DNA from: an uncultured Oscillospiraceae bacterium
GTDB lineage: Bacteria > Bacillota > Clostridia > Oscillospirales > Oscillospiraceae
DNA: 64,000 nt
Assembly (NCBI GenBank): GCA_900759385.1
Contig: CAAEUZ010000099.1
Location: 2,629-66,628, forward strand
Reading direction: 5' to 3'
Positions 9,136 to 19,123 of the stretch are shown one piece after another. The notes below the pieces were generated by a model, which was not told the DNA's origin, searched no databases, and saw only the letters and a program-made list of their open reading frames with translations. Positions within the stretch are counted from its first letter, which is position 1. The number at the start of each line of letters is the position of its first letter. Made by a program: the position numbers and the translations under genes.

Positions 9136-9387
9136 ATCGATTCTCCTTTGTCTTAGTTTCGGTCAGCCGTCCTCATTCTTGTGGCTGGCCTAACGTAAGG
9201 TATTATACTATGCTGTTTTACAAAATGGAACACCCAAAAGCGAAAAATCCTGTAAAAAACCTTGTAAACTCCGGGTAAAGCCGGCGCGGCCCCAAAGCAG
9301 GCGCGGCGCCGTTGACCGCGCGGGCACAGCCGCAGACGTCAGATATGGCGGCCGGCCATCCCGGCGGCCCAAAGACGCAAACAACAC

Positions 9388-9416
9388 TTGATTTTTCCCC
9401 GCCGCACAGGTATAAT
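9388..9416 (+). promoter_or_regulatory. Sigma-70-type promoter for tRNA-Ser (TTGATT-17 bp-TATAAT)
   Basis: -35 at 9388-9393, 17-bp spacer, consensus -10 at 9411-9416, about 12 nt before the mature tRNA 5' end. Confidence 0.55.
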
Positions 9417-9428
9417 GTAATGCACTGT

Positions 9429-9517
9429 GCAGCGGTATCGAAGTGGTCATAACGGGGCTGACTCGAAATCAGTTTGCAGGAAACTGCACGTGGGTTCGAA
9501 TCCCACCCGCTGCGCCA
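9429..9517 (+). tRNA. tRNA-Ser (anticodon CGA), class II with long variable arm, CCA encoded
   Basis: 7-bp acceptor stem GCAGCGG/CCGCTGC with discriminator G. D-loop GAAGTGGTCATAA and anticodon stem-loop GCTGA-CTCGAAA-TCAGT (U33, anticodon CGA, A37). Variable-arm hairpin GCAG-gaaa-CTGC, T-arm GTGGG-TTCGAAT-CCCAC, then CCA. Confidence 0.8.
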
Positions 9518-9557
9518 GCTCGCCGCAAGCGTTTTACCGCTTGCGGCGAGCTTTTTG
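9518..9557 (+). terminator. Intrinsic terminator after tRNA-Ser
   Basis: 14-bp perfect stem GCTCGCCGCAAGCG/CGCTTGCGGCGAGC followed by TTTTT. Confidence 0.75.
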
Positions 9558-9690
9558 CCGTTTCTGCCCAGCGCCCAGGCGGCGTGCGGCGCGCAGAAGC
9601 CGCCCGCGGGCAGATTGCCGCGCAGAACAAACAGGGCCCGGTACAAGCCGGGCCCCGGCATCGCGCCTGTCCCGCAGGGGACGGGCGCTT

Positions 9691-11199
9691 TTATTTCACC
9701 GTTTCCAAAAAGCGCAGGAAGGCGGCCCTGCCCTCCGGCGTGCGCTTGTACACCCCGGCGTGCTCGAGCACCTGCGCAAACACCAGCCCGGTCTCACGGC
9801 GCACTATGTCCATGACGTTCTCCGGCGTGATGTCGTATTTTGCGCGGAAGCCCTCGGCCCAGTCCGCGTGCTTTGACGTAAGTTCGTCCGCGCGCAGGTC
9901 CCCGCCGGAGGCGAGGCAGCCGGCGACGGCGGCCAGCTCGGTCTTGAGCCGGGCGGGCAGCACGGCGAGACCCATGACCTCGATGAGGCCGATGTTCTCC
10001 TTCTTGATGTGGTGCAGCTCCGCGTGCGGGTGGTAGAGACCCAGCGGGTGCTCCTCGGTGGTGAGGTTGTTGCGCAGCACCAGATCCAGCTCGTAGTCGC
10101 CGCCGCGCCGCCGCGCGATGGGCGTTATCGTGTTGTGGGGCACGCCGTCCGTCTCGGCGTAGATGACCGCCGCCTCGTCGGTGTAGGCGCGCCACCTGTG
10201 CAGGATGCCGTCCGCCAGGCTTACCAGCCGCTCGCTGTCGGCGCAGCGGATGCGCACTACGCTCAGCGGCCACTTAACTATGCCCGAGCGGACGTCCTCG
10301 TAGCCGGGGAAGACGAAGGGCGTCTCTATCTCCGCGCGCTCCATGGCGAAGGTGTAGCGCCCGCCCTGGAAGTGGTCGTGCGCCAGGATCGAGCCGCCGA
10401 CGATGGGCAGATCCGCGTTGGAGCCGACGAAGTAGTGCGGGAACTGCCTGACAAAGTCGAGCAGCTTGGCGAAGCAGTCGCGGTCTATCTTCATGGGAGT
10501 GTGTACGCGGTTTAAGCAGATGCAGTGTTCGTTGTAGTAGACGTAGGGCGAATACTGGAAGTACCAGGGCTTGCCCGAAATGGTTATGGGTATGATGCGG
10601 TGGTTCTGGCGCGCGGGGTGGTTGACCCGGCCCGCGTAGCCCTCGTTCTCCGCGCAGAGCTGGCAGCGCGGATAGTCGGAGGCGGGCAGGTTCCTGGCCG
10701 CGGCGATGGCCTTCGGGTCCTTCTCCGGCTTGGACAGGTTTATGGTGATGTCCAGCTCGCCGTACCCGGTGGCGGTTTTCCACTGCACGTCCTTTGCAAT
10801 GCGGTCGCGGCGGATGTAGTTGGTGTCCTGGCTGAAGGCGTAATACCAGTCCGTGGCCGCCTCCGGGCTGACGGCGCAGAGGGAATTGAACTTTTCGATC
10901 ACCTGCGCCGGCCTGGGGGTGAGCCGGCCCATCAGCTCGCTGTCGAGCAGGTCGCGGTAAACGACAGAGTTTTCGGCAAGCACGCCGCGCTCGAAGGCGT
11001 CGTCCAGCAGCACGGAGAGCGTCTCCGCCAAGTCCGCCTCCCCCGTGCAGCGGCCCGGATCCTCCCAGCCGTCGAGCTTGAGCACGTCCAGGATGGTGTT
11101 GATGCACCACATGTATTCGCACTCGGCGATAAGCCCCTTCTGCAGCGCATAGGCCGCCAGCTTGGCTATGCTCTCGTTCACCTGCGGTGAATTGGCCAT
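9691..11199 (-). CDS. galT: UDP-glucose--hexose-1-phosphate uridylyltransferase (long Firmicutes/Bifidobacterium-type GalT/LnpC)
   Basis: 502 aa, matching the length class of type-2 GalT and its sequence blocks. Positioned directly after lnpA as in bifidobacterial LNB/GNB clusters. Confidence 0.8.
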   Translation of the reverse strand: MANSPQVNESIAKLAAYALQKGLIAECEYMWCINTILDVLKLDGWEDPGRCTGEADLAETLSVLLDDAFERGVLAENSVVYRDLLDSELMGRLTPRPAQVIEKFNSLCAVSPEAATDWYYAFSQDTNYIRRDRIAKDVQWKTATGYGELDITINLSKPEKDPKAIAAARNLPASDYPRCQLCAENEGYAGRVNHPARQNHRIIPITISGKPWYFQYSPYVYYNEHCICLNRVHTPMKIDRDCFAKLLDFVRQFPHYFVGSNADLPIVGGSILAHDHFQGGRYTFAMERAEIETPFVFPGYEDVRSGIVKWPLSVVRIRCADSERLVSLADGILHRWRAYTDEAAVIYAETDGVPHNTITPIARRRGGDYELDLVLRNNLTTEEHPLGLYHPHAELHHIKKENIGLIEVMGLAVLPARLKTELAAVAGCLASGGDLRADELTSKHADWAEGFRAKYDITPENVMDIVRRETGLVFAQVLEHAGVYKRTPEGRAAFLRFLETVK

Positions 11200-11262
11200 A
11201 TAACGTCCTCCGTTTCAGTAAGTAGATAGCAATGGCCCGGACGCGGAGCCCGGGCCGTTTGG

Positions 11263-13434
11263 TTATAGCTCGTACCAGCGTATCTCGTTGGCTTCCAGGT
11301 CGAGCCCGAAGGAGCTGCCGTCGCCGCGGTAGACCGTGGTGGACTGCGGCTCGTAGGTGTTGTTTACCACACAGTACTTGCCGTTTCTGGGATAGGCGTG
11401 AACCTCGACATTGCAGTTGGAGGAGAACCAGGTCAGCAGCTCGTCCTCGCCGTGGCTGCTCCAGAGTATGGCGCGGTGCAGCACGCGGCTGTTGGAGAAG
11501 CTGTACGGAAGGCCGGAGATATACACGGCGCGGCCGGAACCGAAGCTGTTGACGGCCATCTGCACTTCCCTCTCGTGCTGGACGAGTATCTCCGTGCCCT
11601 CAAGGGCGTACATGTTCTTCTGGCCCTCGCCGAAGTCGGGTTCCCCGCCGCAGTCGGCCAGGATGAAGTGGCCGGGGTGCTCGTCCCAGTTGTACTTGTC
11701 GTAGCCGAGGGTGAAGCCGGTCTCCTTCTCCACGCCAAGCACCTGGGCGAGCTGGATATAGCGTCCCTGGTACTGGTGTCCGGAGGGCTCGCCCACGCCG
11801 ATGAGGCCGCCGCCGTTATATACGAAGCGTTTCACGGCGCTGGAGATATCCGCGTCCTCCCACCAGACGCCGCCGGTATGGGCGGTGTCGCCGCCGCCGA
11901 CGTTTATCAGCACATCTATGCCGTCGAGCACTGACGGGTCGGCCTTTATATCGTCGAAGCTGATGAACTTCACGTCGAAGGGCGCGCCGGAGAGCGCCTC
12001 GATCACGCCGGCGTAGGAGTAATTCTGCTTCTGATACAGTGCGTGGTGCACCATGTGGCAGCCCCAGGAGCGCGCGCGCCCCCAGGCGTTGAGCACGGCC
12101 ACGGTCTTGAAGCAGAAGGGGGTGGTGCCGCGGATGTTCTCATATAGCTCGCGGAACTCCTCGCACACGCTCTGCACGTAGTCGATGAACTCCGGGAACT
12201 CGCAGGCGAGCTTGAGGTAGCCGCCGTAGCCGATGCGGTCTATGGGCTTGCGCAGTATGGCGCGGCGAGCCGTGACCCAGTTCTCCTTCGCCTCGCGGAC
12301 GGGGTCGCCGCCGGGGTGGAAGGTGTCCGGGAAGAAGTACGGCAGGAAGCGGCCCTCGGTGTACCTGACGCCGGGGATGTCGGAGATGAGCCGGAGCGTG
12401 GAGCCGTTGCCGACGCTGCCTACGACGGCGTCGAGGCCGATGCTCTTGAACTCGTCCATGTATGGCTCTGTGCCAATCCAGTGGTCACCGAGGAACATCA
12501 TGGCCTCTTTGCCCAGCTCGTGAGTGATATCCACCATCTCTTTTGCGAGCCTGGCGACCTCGCGCCGCTGGAAGGCCATGAAGTCCTGGTACTCCTTGGA
12601 GGGAATACGGTACTGGTTGTTGTAGTAGCCCTGGTCGATTATGAACTCGGGGCGGAACTTGTATCCCGCCTCGCGCTCAAACTGCTCCAGGATATAGGGG
12701 CTGACGCTCGCGGAGTAGCCGTACCAGTCCACGTACTTCTCGCGCTTGAGCTCGTCGAACACAAGGGTGAACTGGTGGAAGAAGGTCGTGTAGCGTATGA
12801 CGTCCACATAGGGGTGCTCCGCGATGAAGCGGCGCAGCCGCTCCATGGTGAACCTGTGGGTCTTGGGCTGGCGCACGTCAAAGGTTATCTGGTGCTCAAA
12901 GTCGGTCCAACCGTTGGTGACCGCGTTGTACATGTGCACCGGGTCCCAGATGAGGTAGGCCAGGAAGCTCACCGTGTAGTCGTGGAAGGCCTCGGGCTCG
13001 TCGATGACGACGCAGCCTGTGTCCGCGTCATAGCGCCAGGCCTCCGGGGAGAGCGGCTCGCCCGTCGTGCGGTCCATGACCTCCCACCAGCGCTTTATAT
13101 CATCGCGGGTGTTGACCTCCATCAGCTCGGGGCTTATCCCGCGCATCAGCTCTATGGAGAGCGCGCCGCCGGAGGCGGTGCGGAAGCCAGTCATGATGTA
13201 GCACTGCTGTACCTCGTCCGGATTGGCCTTGGCCCAGGCGTTGTCCTTGCGGGTGGTGTAGTAGGTGGAATACACCTTTGCGTCCACCTTTTTGAGCTCC
13301 TCCGGGTAATCCGTGCCGTCGCAGTCGCGTATCGCGTCCGCGCCCCAGCGCCCGAGCAGCTCCAGGGTTTCGGGGACGACGTCCACATCCGTAGGTATGG
13401 TAACACGTCCCCTGTTGGTAGTTGTTTCGCTCAT
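11263..13434 (-). CDS. lnpA: 1,3-beta-galactosyl-N-acetylhexosamine phosphorylase (GH112; lacto-N-biose/galacto-N-biose phosphorylase)
   Basis: 723 aa with blocks shared with characterised GH112 enzymes: VSFLAYLIWDPVHMYN, EAMMFLGDHWIGTEPY, GLDAVVGS, RFLPYFFPDTF, ILRKPIDRIGYGGYL, YISGLPYS. Confidence 0.85.
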   Translation of the reverse strand: MSETTTNRGRVTIPTDVDVVPETLELLGRWGADAIRDCDGTDYPEELKKVDAKVYSTYYTTRKDNAWAKANPDEVQQCYIMTGFRTASGGALSIELMRGISPELMEVNTRDDIKRWWEVMDRTTGEPLSPEAWRYDADTGCVVIDEPEAFHDYTVSFLAYLIWDPVHMYNAVTNGWTDFEHQITFDVRQPKTHRFTMERLRRFIAEHPYVDVIRYTTFFHQFTLVFDELKREKYVDWYGYSASVSPYILEQFEREAGYKFRPEFIIDQGYYNNQYRIPSKEYQDFMAFQRREVARLAKEMVDITHELGKEAMMFLGDHWIGTEPYMDEFKSIGLDAVVGSVGNGSTLRLISDIPGVRYTEGRFLPYFFPDTFHPGGDPVREAKENWVTARRAILRKPIDRIGYGGYLKLACEFPEFIDYVQSVCEEFRELYENIRGTTPFCFKTVAVLNAWGRARSWGCHMVHHALYQKQNYSYAGVIEALSGAPFDVKFISFDDIKADPSVLDGIDVLINVGGGDTAHTGGVWWEDADISSAVKRFVYNGGGLIGVGEPSGHQYQGRYIQLAQVLGVEKETGFTLGYDKYNWDEHPGHFILADCGGEPDFGEGQKNMYALEGTEILVQHEREVQMAVNSFGSGRAVYISGLPYSFSNSRVLHRAILWSSHGEDELLTWFSSNCNVEVHAYPRNGKYCVVNNTYEPQSTTVYRGDGSSFGLDLEANEIRWYEL

Positions 13435-13456
13435 AGCTTCCTCCAGTCCTTCAGCG

Positions 13457-13645
13457 TCAGTCTGTGAAGGGTTTGTTGTAAATAAACAGCGCGCAGATAA
13501 GCAGCGCCAGGCCCACCAGCATTATAATGAGCCCCTTCATCTGTCCGGTCATCGTCCAGCCGCCGATGACAAGGGCGATGCCCGCGACAAACAGCAGGGC
13601 GATGAGTACAATGCGCAGAGCCGCGTGTTCTTTCCAGAATTTCAT
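13457..13645 (-). CDS. Small 2-TM membrane protein (62 aa) between the ABC permease and lnpA
   Basis: Two hydrophobic helices and tight spacing inside the operon. No recognisable family. Confidence 0.4.
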   Translation of the reverse strand: MKFWKEHAALRIVLIALLFVAGIALVIGGWTMTGQMKGLIIMLVGLALLICALFIYNKPFTD

Positions 13646-13654
13646 GCTCTCACC

Positions 13655-14539
13655 TTAACCTTTCAGGCCGCCGACGGTCATGCCCTGGATGAGCTTTTTC
13701 TGCACGCAGATGTAGAGTATCAGCGTGGGCAGCATGACCATTACGAGGCCGGCATACATGATGCCGTATTCCGCGGCCGACTGCTGTGCCTGCATCAGGT
13801 TCAGAAGGCCGACCGGCAGCGTCCTCGGGCCGTTTGCGCTGCTCAGCAGCGTGAGCGAGATGATGTATTCGTTCCAGAAGGAGAGGAAGTTGAAGAGTAT
13901 GATGGTCACGATAGAGGGCTGAGCCATGGGGAAAATGATGCGCACCATCGTGGTGCTGTACCCGGCGCCGTCTATGTACGCCGCCTCCTCATAGGCGTGC
14001 GGCAGGGTGGCGAAATAGCCGCTCAGCAGATAGATGGTGAAGGGCAGCGCCGTCGCGGCGTAGACCACCGCCAGCACAAATATGTTGTTCAGCAGGAACC
14101 CGTCGCCGAATACGCTCCTCAGCCAGGTGTCACCGTCGCGGAGCATCAGGAAGATGGGGACGACTATGTAGTTGACGTTGATGAAAAGCCCTGCCATGAA
14201 GCACACGTTCAGGAACCGGCTGCTCCTGAACTTGAAGCGCGACAGGCAGTAAGCCGCCGGCAGAGCCACAATTATCAGTATCGCCAGGGCAAGAGCCGTG
14301 ACGATGACGCTGTTGAGCATATAGCTGCCCATGCTCGCCTTCTGCCAGGCGTCAACAAAGTTCTGCCAGTAGAAGCCCGCGGGGAGCGCCCATGGGTTCT
14401 GGTAGAATTCCGAGTTCTCCTTGATGGAGGCCATGAACACCCAGGCCACGGGGACGATGATGGAGATGGCCACGGCGATGAGCACGACGTATACAAAGGC
14501 CTTGTATACCCTGTCGCCTTTTGAGTTTGATTTAACCAT
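13655..14539 (-). CDS. Carbohydrate ABC transporter permease (MalG/GltC-like)
   Basis: Six TM helices and an EAA-like loop (..EAAYIDGAG..). Confidence 0.85.
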   Translation of the reverse strand: MVKSNSKGDRVYKAFVYVVLIAVAISIIVPVAWVFMASIKENSEFYQNPWALPAGFYWQNFVDAWQKASMGSYMLNSVIVTALALAILIIVALPAAYCLSRFKFRSSRFLNVCFMAGLFINVNYIVVPIFLMLRDGDTWLRSVFGDGFLLNNIFVLAVVYAATALPFTIYLLSGYFATLPHAYEEAAYIDGAGYSTTMVRIIFPMAQPSIVTIILFNFLSFWNEYIISLTLLSSANGPRTLPVGLLNLMQAQQSAAEYGIMYAGLVMVMLPTLILYICVQKKLIQGMTVGGLKG

Positions 14540-14549
14540 AAGTCACCTC

Positions 14550-15434
14550 CTAGAATTCCAGCGGCGTGCGCTTCGTCGCGCGGTTCACCAGTGCGGACAG
14601 CAGGAAGGAGAAGAGGAAGATCACGACGCCTATGGCCATGGAATAGCCGTAGAGGCCGGCGTCCTTCTGACCGTACATATAGGAGAGCGCGACCTCGCTT
14701 GCGCCGTTCGGGCCGCCGGAGGTCATGGCCTTGACAAAGAGGAAAGCCATGTTTATGGTGGAGATGATGAAGAAGGTCAGCGTGGTGCGGATGTTGGTCC
14801 AGATGAGCGGAATGGTTATCTGGAAGAACTGGCGCACGCGCCCGGCCCCGTCTATGGACGAGCTCTCGTATATGTCCAGAGGCACGGCTGCCATGGACGC
14901 CATGTACATGACCATGTAATAGCCGACCGCCTGCCATATCATGGCTATGATAAGGCTTATCATGACCAGGCTCTCGCCCTTCCACAGTATGGGGTCGGTC
15001 AGGTTCGTAAAGAGCCCGATTATGCTGTTGAGCAGGCCGTTGTCAGGCTTGTAAATGGCGGAAAAGATGCCGGAGATGACAACCACGGACAGGATGTTGG
15101 GGATGTAGAATATGACGCGGAAGAAGTTCTGCCCCTTTATTTTCTCGCGCGTGAGTATCCCCGCCAGCACCAGCGCCATCGCGAAGGTTATGATGGTGAC
15201 CACGACTATGAGCAGTATCGTGTTCTGCATGGCCTTGATGAACTTGGCGTCCGCAAACAGGGTCTGAAAGTTCTGCAGGCCGACGAAGGTCTCGGTGGGG
15301 GAATAAGCGCCCCTCTCAAAGAGGGACATGCGGAAGACGTTCAGGGTCGGCAGCACCATGAAGATGAAAAACAGGATAGTTGCCGGCGCCACACACAGGA
15401 TGAGGAAGCCTGTGCGCCGTTTGTTGCTTTTCAC
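14550..15434 (-). CDS. Carbohydrate ABC transporter permease (MalF/GltB-like)
   Basis: Six TM helices and an ESSSIDGAG EAA-motif. Confidence 0.85.
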   Translation of the reverse strand: MKSNKRRTGFLILCVAPATILFFIFMVLPTLNVFRMSLFERGAYSPTETFVGLQNFQTLFADAKFIKAMQNTILLIVVVTIITFAMALVLAGILTREKIKGQNFFRVIFYIPNILSVVVISGIFSAIYKPDNGLLNSIIGLFTNLTDPILWKGESLVMISLIIAMIWQAVGYYMVMYMASMAAVPLDIYESSSIDGAGRVRQFFQITIPLIWTNIRTTLTFFIISTINMAFLFVKAMTSGGPNGASEVALSYMYGQKDAGLYGYSMAIGVVIFLFSFLLSALVNRATKRTPLEF

Positions 15435-15539
15435 TTGGTCAGCTCCTCTCTCAGGGTTTCTTCAAAGAATCGGGCGGCGATGAGCATAGACTGCTCATCG
15501 CCGCCTTGCCGTTTAAACTAGCTTGCGATGCGGATCAGC

Positions 15540-16913
15540 TTACGCAAGAAGATTGGCGCGCATCTGATCGGTTGCAGAGATGATGTTGGCCTTCCACTGA
15601 TCGATGGTCAGGGTGCCGCCGACGAGGGAGTTGATGGGCTCGAAGAACACGCTGGTGTTGTCGATGCCGGGGATGGGGCTGTACGCGGCGAAGGAGCCCA
15701 TGGCGGCGCCGGCGCCGGAGTCGTAGATGGAGTAGAACAGCTTGTTGTCGCCCTCGAGCTGATCGGTCATGCCGCGGATGGGCTGCACGGCGCCGCCCTT
15801 GGCGAAGATGTCAGCGGCGGTGTCGCTGTACAGGAAGGCGATGAACTGCTTGGCGGCGTCGATGTTGGCGGCGCCGGCCGGGATCCAGGCCTGCTCCAGG
15901 AAGGTGTAGCTGTAGCCCATGCCGCCGTCCTCAAGAGCCGGGAGGGCGGTCATGCCCCACTGGAAGCCCTCGGCGCGCGGGGCCTCGGCCATCTCACCGA
16001 CTATCCAGGTGCCGTTCGGCATGAAGAGCGCCTGGTTGTCGAGGACCAGCTGCTGGTTCATGGTGAAGTCCTGATCGTTGGCCTGAGCCGGGGTGCTCGG
16101 GTGGGTGTAGTCGGCCAGCTTGTCGAGGATCTCAAAGAGCGCGTCGGCCTCGGGAGTCTCCCAGATGCCCTCCTCGAAGCTGGTGGCTGCGTTGAAGAAG
16201 TCGCTGCCGCCGACGACGTTCATCAGGGCGTACAGGAAGGCGTCGAAGTAACCGGCGGTCGGGTAGGTGAAGAGGTAGATGCCCTCCTCAAGGGCCTTGT
16301 CGCCGAGCTCCCACATCTCGTCCCAGGTGGTGGGAACGGTCCAGCCCTTTTCCTCAAAGAGGCCGGCGTTGTAGAAGAGGCCGCAGGGGGAGTAGAACAT
16401 GGGGGCGAGGTAGGTCTTGCCGTCGCCGTAGGGGTTGGTGGCGGAAGTGTCGGTGAAGCCCTCGATGATCTTGTCGCCGACGGTGGTCTCCTCGCCGGGG
16501 ACGGTCATGTCGAGCACGTCGGTGATGTCGGCAATGAGCTTGTCGTTGATGAACTGCTCGGTCAGGCCGGCCTCACGGCCGGTGGCCAGGTGGATGACGT
16601 CGGGGTAATCGCCGCCCTGCATGGAAGCGCCGATGACGTCCTCGAGGTTGCGCTCAACGGTGAGCTCAACCTCGATGCCGGTCTGGGCAGTGAAGGCGTC
16701 GCAGACCTCCTGCCACATTCCGGGATAGGTCTCCTCGTAGGCGCTCTCAAGAGCGGCTACCTTGATGGTGGTGGCGGACTCGCCGGAGCCGCTCTCGGCG
16801 GGAGCCGGGTCGCCGGTCCCGGCCGGGGCCGGGTCCTCGCCGCAGGCGGCGAGGGCAAAGACCATGACCAGCGCCAGAGCAAGGGCAAGCAGCTTCTTCA
16901 AATTCATCTTCAT
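15540..16913 (-). CDS. Carbohydrate ABC transporter solute-binding lipoprotein (candidate GNB/LNB-binding protein)
   Basis: Lipobox ALAAC with a family-1 SBP fold. The start was moved to the ATG at 16913/16907, which has an AGGAGG RBS; the ORF-track N-terminal extension is not supported. Confidence 0.8.
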   Translation of the reverse strand: MKMNLKKLLALALALVMVFALAACGEDPAPAGTGDPAPAESGSGESATTIKVAALESAYEETYPGMWQEVCDAFTAQTGIEVELTVERNLEDVIGASMQGGDYPDVIHLATGREAGLTEQFINDKLIADITDVLDMTVPGEETTVGDKIIEGFTDTSATNPYGDGKTYLAPMFYSPCGLFYNAGLFEEKGWTVPTTWDEMWELGDKALEEGIYLFTYPTAGYFDAFLYALMNVVGGSDFFNAATSFEEGIWETPEADALFEILDKLADYTHPSTPAQANDQDFTMNQQLVLDNQALFMPNGTWIVGEMAEAPRAEGFQWGMTALPALEDGGMGYSYTFLEQAWIPAGAANIDAAKQFIAFLYSDTAADIFAKGGAVQPIRGMTDQLEGDNKLFYSIYDSGAGAAMGSFAAYSPIPGIDNTSVFFEPINSLVGGTLTIDQWKANIISATDQMRANLLA

Positions 16914-17093
16914 TTTCCTCCTTGCATAAATTCCTAAAATACAAATGCCAATACATGGGTCTTTTGGCATCACTCTTAAGACAAGTATATAGATTTCCCA
17001 CCCGATAACAAGCCAGTTCTTGCGCAACTTTTTATAAATATTGCTCTCGCCATGTTTTTGATGTAAAATGCCCTATTTGACGGCATCTGACTT

Positions 17094-18119
17094 GTGCAAA
17101 ATGCTCAGAGCAATGACCCCTCGTTCGGCTTATTTCCCTTCCCTGTAAAAATGGTAAAGCAAAGTTGCTCTTCAAAGTTGCACAAATCGTGTGAAAATAT
17201 TATAATACAGGGTGTAACATCTGCCGTTTTTCCAGGCAAGGGAGGTGCCGATGTGTCTACTGTCTGCTACGATATAAACCTGGACAAAGGGGACCCGCTG
17301 GCCCAGTCGGACGCCAGGCTGCTGAACATAACCTGGGCGCAGTACAGCAGCGAGTGGAACTCCACGATGCACGCGCATCGCCACGCGGAAATGTTCTTCA
17401 TCATGAGCGGGAGCGGCACTTTTCAGCTCCAGCGGCACAGCTTTCCCGTCTCCGGACGCAGCCTTGTGATAATAAATCCGGGGGTCATGCACTGCGAGCA
17501 GAGCAACCAGGGCAGCCCGATGGAATACATCGTGCTGGGCGTGGAAAACCTGGAGATGGCTGCCAACGAGCAGGGCTATGTCCTCACAACCTTCCACCGG
17601 GACTGGGACGCGATTTCGGTCTCCCTGCGCCTTATGCTGCAGGAGGTGCGCTCCGGGCAGGACGGATACTCCCAGGTGTGCCAGCGGATGCTGGAGATAA
17701 TACTGCTGCGCATCCTGCGCCGCAGAGGCCTGTCCCTGGCCAGCGAGGCGGTGGGGATGGATGACAACCGCGAATGCGGGCTTGTGCGCCGCTACATAGA
17801 CGAGCACTTCAAGGAGAGCATCACCCTGGACCAGCTGGCCGAGCTGGCGCATATCAACAAGTACTATCTGGTGCACGCCTTCCGCAAGGCCTACGGCACC
17901 TCTCCCATCAACTATCTCATATCCCGCCGCATACAGGAGAGCCGGTTCCTGCTCACCAACAGCAACCACTCCCTGTCGCAGATAGCGCGCATCCTCGGCT
18001 TCTCCTCGCTGAGTTATTTTTCGCAGAGCTTCCACCGCACGGAGGGCGTCAGCCCCATGGAGTACCGGAAGCTGCACACCGCGGAGGCCAGGCAGCAGGC
18101 CGGCGAGAGCGGGGGCTGA
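17094..18119 (+). CDS. AraC-family transcriptional regulator (N-terminal cupin sensor plus C-terminal HTH)
   Basis: C-terminal double HTH (..LDQLAELAHINKYYLVHAFRKAYGTSP..SQIARILGFSSLSYFSQSFHR..). The true start is probably internal; a GTG near 17252 is preceded by GGGAGGTG. Confidence 0.7.
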   Translation: MQNAQSNDPSFGLFPFPVKMVKQSCSSKLHKSCENIIIQGVTSAVFPGKGGADVSTVCYDINLDKGDPLAQSDARLLNITWAQYSSEWNSTMHAHRHAEMFFIMSGSGTFQLQRHSFPVSGRSLVIINPGVMHCEQSNQGSPMEYIVLGVENLEMAANEQGYVLTTFHRDWDAISVSLRLMLQEVRSGQDGYSQVCQRMLEIILLRILRRRGLSLASEAVGMDDNRECGLVRRYIDEHFKESITLDQLAELAHINKYYLVHAFRKAYGTSPINYLISRRIQESRFLLTNSNHSLSQIARILGFSSLSYFSQSFHRTEGVSPMEYRKLHTAEARQQAGESGG

Positions 18120-18122
18120 GCC

Positions 18123-19034
18123 ATGTCACAGTATTCACCGCTGCGCCCGGCCAGGCCGTTCACTGTCAGCGAGCTTTACACCGTGCACTATTTTGAATAC
18201 GCCGCGGGGTACGCCTTCCAGGGAGAAAAGCACGATTTCTGGGAGCTGCTGTACGTAGACCGCGGCCTGCTGCGCGTTACGGCCGGGGAGCGCGTGCGCG
18301 AGCTCAGCCAGGGTCAGCTCATCTTCCACGCGCCGGGGGAGTTCCACGCCCTGTCCGCCGTGGGCGTCCCGCCCGACCTCATAGTCGTGAGCTTCGGCTG
18401 CGGCGGCAGCGAGATGGAGCGCTTCCGCGGCCTGGTGACGGATGTGAGCCGGGCCGAGCGCAGCCTGCTCGCTCGCATCGTCGCCGAGAGCGGCGGCGCC
18501 TTTTCCACGCCTCTGAACGACCCCTCGACGACGTCCCTGCAGCGCGCCCAGGGCGCGCCTTTCGGGGCGGAGTCGCTGGTCTGCGCGGCGCTGGAGGAAC
18601 TGCTGATACGCCTTGCCCGCCGCATGTCCGTGGACGAGACCGCGCCCGACAGAGCCGCGGCCGGCGCGGACGGCTTTGAGCGCACGGCGGAATATCTCGA
18701 GCGGCATGTGGGCGAGAGCCTGAGCCTGGAGCAGATATGCCGCGACAACTATCTCGGCCGCAGCCAGCTGCAAAAAATCTTCCACGAGCACACCGGCGGC
18801 GGCGTCATGGAGTACTTCGGCCGGCTGAAAATAAACGCCGCCCGCCGCATGATACGCACCGGGCGCTACAACTTCACGCAGATTGCCGCCCTCTGCGGCT
18901 TTCAGAGCGTGCACTATTTCTCCAGGCGCTTCCGTCAGCTGACCGGCATGTCCCCCAGCGAGTACGCCCAGAGCGTGAGAATGCTGCTGGAGTTCCCCGC
19001 CGGTTCTCCGGACGATAGTGCAAACAATTTGTAA
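18123..19034 (+). CDS. AraC-family transcriptional regulator (second, tandem)
   Basis: Cupin N-domain and AraC HTH (..TQIAALCGFQSVHYFSRRFRQLTGMSPSEY..). Begins 4 nt after the previous stop. Confidence 0.8.
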   Translation: MSQYSPLRPARPFTVSELYTVHYFEYAAGYAFQGEKHDFWELLYVDRGLLRVTAGERVRELSQGQLIFHAPGEFHALSAVGVPPDLIVVSFGCGGSEMERFRGLVTDVSRAERSLLARIVAESGGAFSTPLNDPSTTSLQRAQGAPFGAESLVCAALEELLIRLARRMSVDETAPDRAAAGADGFERTAEYLERHVGESLSLEQICRDNYLGRSQLQKIFHEHTGGGVMEYFGRLKINAARRMIRTGRYNFTQIAALCGFQSVHYFSRRFRQLTGMSPSEYAQSVRMLLEFPAGSPDDSANNL

Positions 19035-19123
19035 TATCGTCTATTTCTTTTCGCGTGAGCTGCGTATACAATACCAGATGCCGGGAGTGACCCGGGTTTA
19101 ATGCTGTTAAAGGAGCGATTTTC

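Noticed and set aside
9429-9517. Possibility that the long-variable-arm tRNA is tRNA-Sec or tRNA-Leu
   Set aside because: The anticodon loop reads CU-CGA-AA (anticodon CGA, not UCA), the acceptor is 7 bp with discriminator G, and the D-loop is Ser-like (AGTGGTC). This fits tRNA-Ser.
9427-10036. ORFs 9218-9661 (minus), 9427-9876, 9443-10036 and 9474-9815 (plus) overlapping the tRNA region
   Set aside because: The locus is explained by tRNA-Ser plus its promoter and terminator, and by the 3' end of galT. The ORFs run through the tRNA and a perfect terminator hairpin.
15528-16937. 469-aa plus-strand ORF opposite the solute-binding-protein gene, and the similar antisense ORFs 10009-10515, 10525-11190, 12316-13467 and 13313-14524
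   Set aside because: They lie opposite genes with strong family signatures, have low-complexity Gly/Ala/Val/Asp composition and lack plausible starts.
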